Shown here piece after piece: positions 9,948 to 16,950 of a stretch of DNA of 16,950 nt. Origin of the DNA: a bacterium (GTDB lineage: Bacteria > Babelota > Babeliae > Babelales > JABCYS01); contig DAIDHG010000003.1 of NCBI GenBank assembly GCA_027452085.1, positions 16,961 through 33,910 on the forward strand, read 5' to 3'. Position 1 is the first letter of the stretch, and every line of letters starts with the position of its first letter. The translations under genes and the position numbers were made by a program. The notes under the pieces are model-generated. The model made no database searches and was not told the origin of the DNA. It worked only from the letters and a program-made list of their open reading frames with translations.

Positions 9948-11324
9948 ATGACACAACACGCACAAAACCTCTTCGGCACAGATGGCATTCGTAACACCAT
10001 TGGCAGCTCGCCATTTACCAATAAAGAATTACATGCCCTTGGCGGGGCAATCGGCGCCTGGCTCAGCCAACGGTATCCGACCTCCCCCTTCATTTTGCTG
10101 GCGCATGATACCCGCGTTTCTTGTTCTTGGGTAAAGGCTGCGCTGCAAACGGGCTTATTAATGCACCCGGTGCGCATCTTTGATGCAGAAGTATTGCCAA
10201 CGCCGGCTGTTTCAAAATTATTACAAACCCTTAAAAGCCAAGGTATGCCAATCTCGGTGGGAATTATCATCTCGGCTTCGCACAACCCCTTCCATGACAA
10301 TGGCATCAAAATCGTTACGGTAGATGGCAAACTTTCCCAAAATGATGAGCTGGCGCTCTCAAAATTATATTACGAACAGTTTACCGATTGCTGCGCAAGC
10401 CATATGCATGGCCATCCGCGCGGCATTGCGCAAAGTCTGGTTGCCATCCAAGAAGGCTACATCCATGCCATTGAGAAATTCTTCCCGGAGAAATTTTTAG
10501 AAGGTAAAAAAATCCTACTCGATGGTGCCAACGGAGCTGCATCATGGCTCGCGCCAAAGATCTTCCAACGTCTGGGTGCTTCGGTGATGACCATTAATAA
10601 CAGCCCCTCGGGGATGAATATTAATGACAAATGCGGGGCCCTTCACCCGGAACAGCTTCAAGGAGCAGTACTGCTGCATAAGGCTGACATTGGTTTTGCA
10701 TTTGATGGCGATGGTGACCGCGTCATTGCCGTAGCCTCAAATGGCGAGGTCAAAAACGGTGATGATCTCATGGCAATTCTTACCCAGCATCCAACCTACA
10801 ATCAGAAACGCATTGTTGGCACCATCATGGCCAATGCCGGTTTTGAAACTTATCTCAAAGGCCAAGGCAAAGAGCTGATGCGCACACCGGTGGGCGATAA
10901 ATATGTAGCAGAAGCGATGGCAGCTCAATCGATCACGCTTGGCGGAGAACAATCAGGCCATATTATTTTGGGCGATTACTTAAATACTGGTGATGGCATT
11001 TTTGCCGCACTTCGCGTATGCCAAACCCTCATTCATATCAATGATTGGAGCCTCAACACCTTTACCAAATACCCTCAGGCCTCCACCAACATCTCGGTGC
11101 AAGATAAGAAAGATCTTACAATAACGCCGCTGGCAGATATCATCGCGGCCACCAAAGCCCAGTTGCCTGAGGGCCGTATTGTGGTGCGTTATTCAGGCAC
11201 AGAACCGCTGTTGCGTATTATGGCTGAGGCACCCTCACAGGAAGAAGCGCAACAGGTAGTAAACAGTTTATCTCAACAACTGGGGGCACAGCTTAACAGC
11301 CAAAGGATGCACCATGACGTGTAA
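9948..11324 (+). CDS. glmM: Phosphoglucosamine mutase
   Basis: LFGTDGIR, DTRVS, PTPAV, catalytic SASHNP (Ser codon 10278-10280), metal loop FDGDGDR, VGDKYV, GGEQSGH, TGDG, RYSGTEP are all intact. Confidence 0.96.
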   Translation: MTQHAQNLFGTDGIRNTIGSSPFTNKELHALGGAIGAWLSQRYPTSPFILLAHDTRVSCSWVKAALQTGLLMHPVRIFDAEVLPTPAVSKLLQTLKSQGMPISVGIIISASHNPFHDNGIKIVTVDGKLSQNDELALSKLYYEQFTDCCASHMHGHPRGIAQSLVAIQEGYIHAIEKFFPEKFLEGKKILLDGANGAASWLAPKIFQRLGASVMTINNSPSGMNINDKCGALHPEQLQGAVLLHKADIGFAFDGDGDRVIAVASNGEVKNGDDLMAILTQHPTYNQKRIVGTIMANAGFETYLKGQGKELMRTPVGDKYVAEAMAAQSITLGGEQSGHIILGDYLNTGDGIFAALRVCQTLIHINDWSLNTFTKYPQASTNISVQDKKDLTITPLADIIAATKAQLPEGRIVVRYSGTEPLLRIMAEAPSQEEAQQVVNSLSQQLGAQLNSQRMHHDV

Positions 11325-12762
11325 CAGTTGCGGTGATTGCAGCAATTGCATCCGCCCCGTCAATCTATTTACGCAATCAATGATAGCTGGCGTAGTTGGC
11401 CAAGAACCAATGTCGCATGAAGTGCTGCACTTTTTAGGCAACGCTATTGGTGCCTGGGCTATGGAAGAGTATGGGGCTGAATCGATCATCCTCCTCACCC
11501 ATGATGCAAAAAGCACCTCCCCGTGGATTCGCGCCTGTTTGGAAACGGGGCTCTTGCGCCATCCGTTGTACATCATCAATGAAAATGTAACGGCTACAGG
11601 CATAGCGGCGCATATTACCCAGCGCTATATCGATGATGGAAAAATGATTTCATTTGCCATCATGATTGGCGCAGATCACACCGCGCCGTTGGTCAATGGC
11701 ATTACTCTTGTCGATGGCGATACAGCGTTGCCAATTGATGAAAAAGCACAACGCGCCATTACTAATCACTATTTTGCTATTCATGAATCGTATCATACAC
11801 ATGAAGAGCAGGAAGCTGCAAATCGTGCACCACAAGGCGCTCACTGGTTTATTCCCGACATTAGCAAGCTCTATATTGAAGATATCATTACCGAATTTAC
11901 ACCCGCTGCATTTAAGAAACGAAAAGTTGTGCTTGACTGTGGTGACAGCGTTCTTTCACAGGTGGCACCCTATATTTTCGAGATGTTTGGCGCACACGTA
12001 ATTTCGATCGATAAAGAAAGCATTCAGTATCCTGACCGGCTAGCAAAATTGGTGGAAGAGCATGAAGCAGATATTGGATTTGCATTCAATGGCGATGGCA
12101 CTCGTCTGGTTGCTGCCGCATCAAATGGCGACATTAAAGATGGCGATGACATGCTCGCTGTTTTAATGCGATACACACCTGAAAAGATTTTTGTTACCAC
12201 CGAGATGGCCAACCAAGGGTTAGATGCCTATGCGGCCAAGCGTGGTGTAGAAATTAGACGCGTTGCTGAAGAGCCCTATGCCATTGGTCGCGCCATTAGT
12301 GATATTGACATTGCACATTTAGATACCGCTGATGGGTTATTCATCGGTGCTACCCATGCCGGACACGTGATAATGAGCGGCTATCATTACATGCCAGATG
12401 CATTGTTGGCGGCACTGCGCGTGTGTGCCACCCTGCATAAAACAAAAAATTGGGCATTTAAAACATTTGAAAAATATCCGCGGGTAACGGCAAGCATTCC
12501 GATTGATTTTGCCTGGCCGTTAGAGGATGCGCCGATTGCTGATGTGATTTTGGCCGCTCGCCGTCGCTTTCCAGCCGGCCGAATTTTTGTCTGGTATGAT
12601 ACGCTTGAACCAAAATTACATGTAACCAGCGAACATGCGCACCAAGGCATGGCACATACTGCTGCGGTTGAGCTGGCTACCCAACTGGCTGCCGAGTTTG
12701 CGAAAAAGAAGATACAGCAACAAGTGAGTGGTTTAAAAGTTGAGCCCGAGGCATATTCATAA
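11314..12762 (+). CDS. GlmM paralogue (alpha-D-phosphohexomutase fold) with degenerate catalytic motifs and an N-terminal CxxCxxCxxC
   Basis: Colinear with the upstream GlmM (LGNAIGAW, HD, LETGLLRHP, ADIGFAF, IKDGDD, ALRVC.TL, TFEKYP, GRI.V, TLEP), but SASHN>GADHT, DGDGD>NGDGT, GEQSGH>ATHAGH. Full-length open frame, RBS AAGGA, 11-nt overlap with glmM. Confidence 0.88.
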   Translation: MTCNSCGDCSNCIRPVNLFTQSMIAGVVGQEPMSHEVLHFLGNAIGAWAMEEYGAESIILLTHDAKSTSPWIRACLETGLLRHPLYIINENVTATGIAAHITQRYIDDGKMISFAIMIGADHTAPLVNGITLVDGDTALPIDEKAQRAITNHYFAIHESYHTHEEQEAANRAPQGAHWFIPDISKLYIEDIITEFTPAAFKKRKVVLDCGDSVLSQVAPYIFEMFGAHVISIDKESIQYPDRLAKLVEEHEADIGFAFNGDGTRLVAAASNGDIKDGDDMLAVLMRYTPEKIFVTTEMANQGLDAYAAKRGVEIRRVAEEPYAIGRAISDIDIAHLDTADGLFIGATHAGHVIMSGYHYMPDALLAALRVCATLHKTKNWAFKTFEKYPRVTASIPIDFAWPLEDAPIADVILAARRRFPAGRIFVWYDTLEPKLHVTSEHAHQGMAHTAAVELATQLAAEFAKKKIQQQVSGLKVEPEAYS

Positions 12763-12769
12763 GTAAAGA

Positions 12770-13969
12770 CTATTTCTTGTCTGTAGTGCTTTTCATCTCA
12801 TCGAGCTGCAGTTGAACCTTTTTGCCGATGGCATTAAAAATGCGCATTGATGTTGCGGCGATTAATTCTTGTGCAATTTTAGTTTTTTCCGCAATGGTCA
12901 ACGGCTCGTATTCATCAGTTACTCGATGATGGTCTTTTTTTGCATCGCACGATGGCACAGAATCGGCATCTGCTTCAAGATTCTTTTTAGCCAATTCTGT
13001 CACCCGATGCTGAGCTTCTAAATCTGCGCGATACAGTAATGCATTTAATAATAAGCGCGCGGCAGCTGGCATTGAAAATTGAAATAGTTTGCGAATGGCT
13101 GAAATACAATGCTGCACCTCAACAACGGTATGGGCAGTCGCAATACATTTATATGCCTGAAGGCCCATTGCCAAAACTTTTACTTCATATGAATCACACA
13201 CCGATTTATAGGCCTCTTGGTACAATGTGCCATCATTGTGCTCTGCCTGAGCTCCTAAAAAGCCAGCATTTGCACAGGCAGAGAGGTAGACGCATGCTAA
13301 TTGACGCGCCGCTACGTCTTTGGTTTGATTTGCTGCAATCTTTAACAATTCATAGCCAGGGCTCAAATGATAGTTCTCCAAGCCCATGCCCAATAATAAT
13401 ATCTGACCGAGCCGCATAACCGATGTCATTGGCGCGTCTGGTTGTTTTTGCAACTCGTTAATGATGCGTAGCGCTTCGTTATAATTTGGTTTTACGCCTT
13501 CGCCATTTATATAGCAATTCAGCAGTTGCGTTTCAGCTTCATGAAATAGACTTTGATGCGGTTCGGCCGTTGCCGATGCATGCTCATAAAAATCTGTTGC
13601 TTGCCGCAACATTTTTTTTCTTTGACCGCCAGACAATAATTGTGCGTATCGTTTACAAATATTGCCGGTCTGCAGATATATAAGGCCGAGTGAAGCTGGC
13701 AATACAAACTGATCAGATGCTGTTGGTTGCGGCGTATTTTCTACCCATGCATTCCCTGACAATACCTTACCGGCCAAGCAACGGGCGCACGGATGTTCAT
13801 CATTATCCGTTGCATCGCATTCCATGACGTGCTGCTGCCAGGCAAGATATTCTTTTTTGCTCAGCCGCGACTGTTCAGGAACCGAACTAGTGCTTGTCGC
13901 CTGCAGATCAAACGATGGTAAAACAATTACACAGGTGAACAGTGCAACTGACACATTAAAGCGAATCAT
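12770..13969 (-). CDS. Secreted Sel1-like-repeat (SLR) protein, paralogue A, 399 aa
   Basis: Signal-peptide-like N-terminus; EAETQLLNCYINGEGVKPNYNEAL is a Sel1 repeat; RLGQILLLG...LLKIAANQ is a second degenerate repeat. Confidence 0.8.
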   Translation of the reverse strand: MIRFNVSVALFTCVIVLPSFDLQATSTSSVPEQSRLSKKEYLAWQQHVMECDATDNDEHPCARCLAGKVLSGNAWVENTPQPTASDQFVLPASLGLIYLQTGNICKRYAQLLSGGQRKKMLRQATDFYEHASATAEPHQSLFHEAETQLLNCYINGEGVKPNYNEALRIINELQKQPDAPMTSVMRLGQILLLGMGLENYHLSPGYELLKIAANQTKDVAARQLACVYLSACANAGFLGAQAEHNDGTLYQEAYKSVCDSYEVKVLAMGLQAYKCIATAHTVVEVQHCISAIRKLFQFSMPAAARLLLNALLYRADLEAQHRVTELAKKNLEADADSVPSCDAKKDHHRVTDEYEPLTIAEKTKIAQELIAATSMRIFNAIGKKVQLQLDEMKSTTDKK

Positions 13970-13981
13970 AGTCTATCTCAT

Positions 13982-14983
13982 TTATTTCTTGCTGATGTTG
14001 GTAAGCTGCATAGCAATGCCAACCGTATGCAACAATTGGCAATCGTGCTGTTGCGAAAGCTCCGCGATATACTCTTTCTTGAGCTCATCCGATACACCGC
14101 AGGCAAGCGATCGCTCAGATTCGCCGCGCTGTGCCATTTCCTTCATGGTAATCTCAACAACTCGATCGCAGCCATCTTCATCAGCTTTAATAAGCAATAT
14201 TTTGCCCAGCAATTGTATTGCCAACGATGAGGCTTTTTCGGTCATAGAGTGCAGTGAACGCAATATATTCATATATTTCTCTGCAGATTCAGCAGCAAGA
14301 GAAGCTTTAAACGTATCTACCAGGCGGGCCAAGGTCTTTGCTTCGGCATCAGCATGCTTTTCCTTTAAGATCTGTGCATGCAGGTCAGCTTCTACTGGCA
14401 CTGACAGCAGGCCACAGGCATTAAAAGCAGCCAAATAACCGCGCGCGAGCGTTTGTGCACGAATATTTTCTTGCTGGCCCACAACCTGCAAAAGCAGCTC
14501 TGTCCCAGCCTTACGATCATATTTTTTAATCCCTTGGCCTAGAAAGGTCATTTGACCAAGGCGCAGTTTACCCAGCCACTGTGCTTGCGTATGCTCTTTT
14601 TGCTCAGCTATTGATTGTGCATGTTTAAATGCCTTTGCGTAATCGATATTGACGCCCAAACCATGAAGATATGCTTCCATCAACTGGGTTTCTGCTTCAG
14701 AGCGAATGCCGCGCATTCTTGAGTTGGCAGCCTTTTTATAAAATTGGACTGCTTGCTCTTCCGATTCTTTGCTCTCTTGTTGTGATGCTCGAGACTTATA
14801 GAGATCAGCAGTCGTCAAAAAAATCAGATCTACAGCCGCCGGGCGGTAGCTCTGTGCCTGTGGCGCGGTGCGTAAAATCGTTTCTTGCTCTTTAGATTCA
14901 CTAACCAATTTTGCGAAGCCGCTGGTGCCATATGCGCTTACCGCACATAGAATTAAGGGCATAAGAAGATAGGTATGAAACAT
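13982..14983 (-). CDS. Secreted Sel1-like-repeat protein, paralogue B, 333 aa
   Basis: Signal peptide (…LCAVSAYG); AVQFYKKAA, EAETQLMEAYLHGLGVNIDYAKAF, RLGQMTFLGQGIK; RBS GGAGG. Confidence 0.85.
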   Translation of the reverse strand: MFHTYLLMPLILCAVSAYGTSGFAKLVSESKEQETILRTAPQAQSYRPAAVDLIFLTTADLYKSRASQQESKESEEQAVQFYKKAANSRMRGIRSEAETQLMEAYLHGLGVNIDYAKAFKHAQSIAEQKEHTQAQWLGKLRLGQMTFLGQGIKKYDRKAGTELLLQVVGQQENIRAQTLARGYLAAFNACGLLSVPVEADLHAQILKEKHADAEAKTLARLVDTFKASLAAESAEKYMNILRSLHSMTEKASSLAIQLLGKILLIKADEDGCDRVVEITMKEMAQRGESERSLACGVSDELKKEYIAELSQQHDCQLLHTVGIAMQLTNISKK

Positions 14984-15046
14984 GAGAATTCCTCCATTTA
15001 GTAGGTCTACTCAATGTGCTACCATACAGCAGCTTTGTCAAAAGGT
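14984..15046 (-). promoter_or_regulatory. sigma70-like promoter and RBS of SLR paralogue B
   Basis: Minus strand: TTGACA (15041-15036), 17-nt spacer, CACATT (15018-15013), then TAAATGGAGGAAT before the ATG; the same elements occur upstream of paralogue C. Confidence 0.65.
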
Positions 15047-15106
15047 TCGGAGGGCCATAACCCTCAAATTTCATACCGGCCAGGCCGTCGTCTCAGGAAT
15101 AAAAGA

Positions 15107-16741
15107 CTATTGTGGATCTTGCGGAACTATAAGCTCGCGGTAACTATTTCTTAAATTGGTCATTAATTCATACAGATTGGCAATCTCTTCAAATTCCTCG
15201 CCTGTCAGCTCTTCAAAACGTTCAATAAAATTTTGAAGAGAATCAGCTGTAATCTGCATTGCACATGCCTTCACCTCATTATCCGCTAACAGCTCATCTA
15301 ATTGCCTTAAAGCGCGTTGTTGGTGATCTGCAAATACAACCACCATATTTGGATCATTCAGCAGTATACACAGATGTAGCTTTACCTGTAGACGACTATC
15401 TACATCGCGTAGCGTAGTTCCAGCGCTTTTGCTCTCAAAAAGCTCAATTAATGTCCTTAAAGCAGGCAACAGGGATACAGCAAAACCAGAGACATTGCGA
15501 TAATTAATGAGCCACACCAAATCGTTTTTTAACTGAAGTTGGCCAAAGATAGGATTTAAATCTCTGTATATCAAACACATGAGCTCCAGTAACTTACCGA
15601 TTTCTCCCCTTTTGCAGAGCAAGCTTTTCTGCGTATCTAATGCGGATATTGCGCTTAAAGGAACAACTCGTTGGGCTAAAAGCGACGAAGATATTTCTGA
15701 TAGCTTTTGAGGCGAAAAATGATCAAACAATTCATGCCCTGCGATATGATATTGTACCAATCTTATGAACTCCCAAATCAGTTCCGTTACCTGAGGCAAC
15801 GGGCTTAATGGCATAAAAACAGCACCACACTTTTTGTCTATATCTAACAATAATGTGTTGGCTAGAATGCGTACCTGCTCTGGGGCATCAGCAATAGAGT
15901 TTACTGCAAGTATCATTTGATTAATCCGTTCCCTGGAAATTGGTATCCGGCTGGTGACCTCAGCATAGAGATTGAGAACTTTGGTCAAGGAATTGATCTC
16001 GCTGCGCGAATGAGTTGCTCGAGGATTATCTCGCGCGGCTAATGCAGTTACTTCCCCTATATGCACATCATAAAAAAGGTCTGGATGTAGGTGCATCGCC
16101 ACGAGCAAATAGAGTTGGGATAACTGGCGCACCGTTGCATCGGGGGAAAATTGAGCAGTCTTCAATAATATTTTTTTGCCATACAGCACTGTATTTTTAG
16201 AAAAATAGGGCGCCTGCCCTAACAGACTCATCTGGCCTAACCGTGCACCAACTGACCATGTTAATGAATCATGCGGCTGGGAAAGCAACCGTTCTCCAAA
16301 GGTGAAAGCTCGCGGTGCATTTCTCTCTACCCCGTTGCCTAAGAGATAACATTCCATCATGCGAAAACGAGCAAATCGGTTATAGCTATGCTCCCCTTGC
16401 GCAAGCCGCCCAAACCAGTTAAATGCTAACTTATATGATTCCCGCTTTTCATGCACATTTTGACTATCTTCTGCTTGTTTGAGGTATGCTTCAGCCAGCT
16501 CTGCATAAATCGGCGCGCTCGCCACGAGCGGCAAATGGGAAATATCCATCTCCCTTGCTTGCTGTTTAGCCCGTGGTGAAAGCTCATCATGCTGCGTTAT
16601 CAGCTGGTGCGCTCGTTTTTTAGTCGTATTACTTTGATTTTTTTGCCCATCAATAGGCGTGCCAGAATTGCTGCTTGTCAGCGTATATACCGGCGCAAGA
16701 AACGAAATAACAAGAATATAATTTTTAAGGCATTGTGACAT
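15107..16741 (-). CDS. Secreted Sel1-like-repeat protein, paralogue C, 544 aa, with a long unique helical C-terminus
   Basis: Hydrophobic N-terminal leader; AFNWFGRLA, ARFRMMECYLLGNGVERNAPRAF, RLGQMSLLG; RBS GGAAGGA. Confidence 0.8.
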   Translation of the reverse strand: MSQCLKNYILVISFLAPVYTLTSSNSGTPIDGQKNQSNTTKKRAHQLITQHDELSPRAKQQAREMDISHLPLVASAPIYAELAEAYLKQAEDSQNVHEKRESYKLAFNWFGRLAQGEHSYNRFARFRMMECYLLGNGVERNAPRAFTFGERLLSQPHDSLTWSVGARLGQMSLLGQAPYFSKNTVLYGKKILLKTAQFSPDATVRQLSQLYLLVAMHLHPDLFYDVHIGEVTALAARDNPRATHSRSEINSLTKVLNLYAEVTSRIPISRERINQMILAVNSIADAPEQVRILANTLLLDIDKKCGAVFMPLSPLPQVTELIWEFIRLVQYHIAGHELFDHFSPQKLSEISSSLLAQRVVPLSAISALDTQKSLLCKRGEIGKLLELMCLIYRDLNPIFGQLQLKNDLVWLINYRNVSGFAVSLLPALRTLIELFESKSAGTTLRDVDSRLQVKLHLCILLNDPNMVVVFADHQQRALRQLDELLADNEVKACAMQITADSLQNFIERFEELTGEEFEEIANLYELMTNLRNSYRELIVPQDPQ

Positions 16742-16802
16742 GGTTTATTCCTTCCATTTACGCAATCATTGTGCCTTAAAAACAGGTCTCATGTCAAAAG
16801 GT
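16742..16802 (-). promoter_or_regulatory. sigma70-like promoter and RBS of SLR paralogue C
   Basis: Minus strand: TTGACA (16797-16792), 18-nt spacer, CACAAT (16773-16768), then TAAATGGAAGGAAT before the ATG. Confidence 0.65.
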
Positions 16803-16810
16803 AGCGCCGC

Positions 16811-16854
16811 AAAAAGAGCAGAGAGCCGGCGTTGAAATAGACCGGCTCTCTGCT
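16811..16854 (-). terminator. Rho-independent terminator for the gene entering from the right edge
   Basis: Perfect 13-bp stem AGCAGAGAGCCGG (16817-16829) / CCGGCTCTCTGCT (16842-16854) with a 12-nt loop, followed on the minus strand by CTTTTT. Confidence 0.8.
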
Positions 16855-16878
16855 TAAACCTAGAATTTGTGTAACAGT

Positions 16879-16950
16879 TTATGAAATCGAGGCAGTGATT
16901 GAGAGGCTCAATGCACCCAAGCTGTTCACCGATTGTACTGAATACACATC
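16879..16950 (-). CDS. Probable 3' end of a CDS entering from the right edge
   Basis: Minus frame reads DVYSVQSVNSLGALSLSITASIS* (TAA at 16881-16879) and ends just before the terminator. It loosely resembles the last strands of an FN3/Ig-like domain (Y-x-V-x-x-V-N-x-x-G). Confidence 0.4.
   Translation of the reverse strand, partial: DVYSVQSVNSLGALSLSITASIS

Noticed and set aside
11314..12762. Calling the second glmM (or the cdaA-like gene) a pseudogene
   Set aside because: Both have uninterrupted full-length frames, an RBS and overlapping junctions; losses centre on catalytic residues, which fits a pseudoenzyme better.
12765..15111. Shared AATAGTCTTT around the TAG stops of SLR paralogues A and C
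   Set aside because: Only 10 AT-rich nt with no flanking similarity; cannot be distinguished from chance.

Overview
Bacterial chromosomal window, gene-dense and of moderate GC. It contains a PcrA/UvrD helicase, a GspG-like pseudopilin, an S49/SppA-family protein, a SUV3-like RNA helicase, trpS, a truncated YhcG/DUF1016-N protein, a cdaA-cdaR(ybbR)-glmM-type operon extended by a second glmM paralogue, and three tandem secreted Sel1-like-repeat paralogues. The gene content (many signal-peptide orphans, SLR proteins, SUV3) suggests a host-associated bacterium such as Dependentiae/TM6; this is inference only. The most striking signal is the c-di-AMP operon. The CdaA homologue lacks both catalytic motifs (DGA, RHR). 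The second GlmM has lost its metal-binding loop, carries Asp at the phosphoserine position and has gained an N-terminal CxxCxxCxxC. The first GlmM is intact. The SppA homologue also lacks its catalytic serines. Two SLR genes share a duplicated promoter/leader. No rRNA, tRNA, CRISPR array or transposase was seen.
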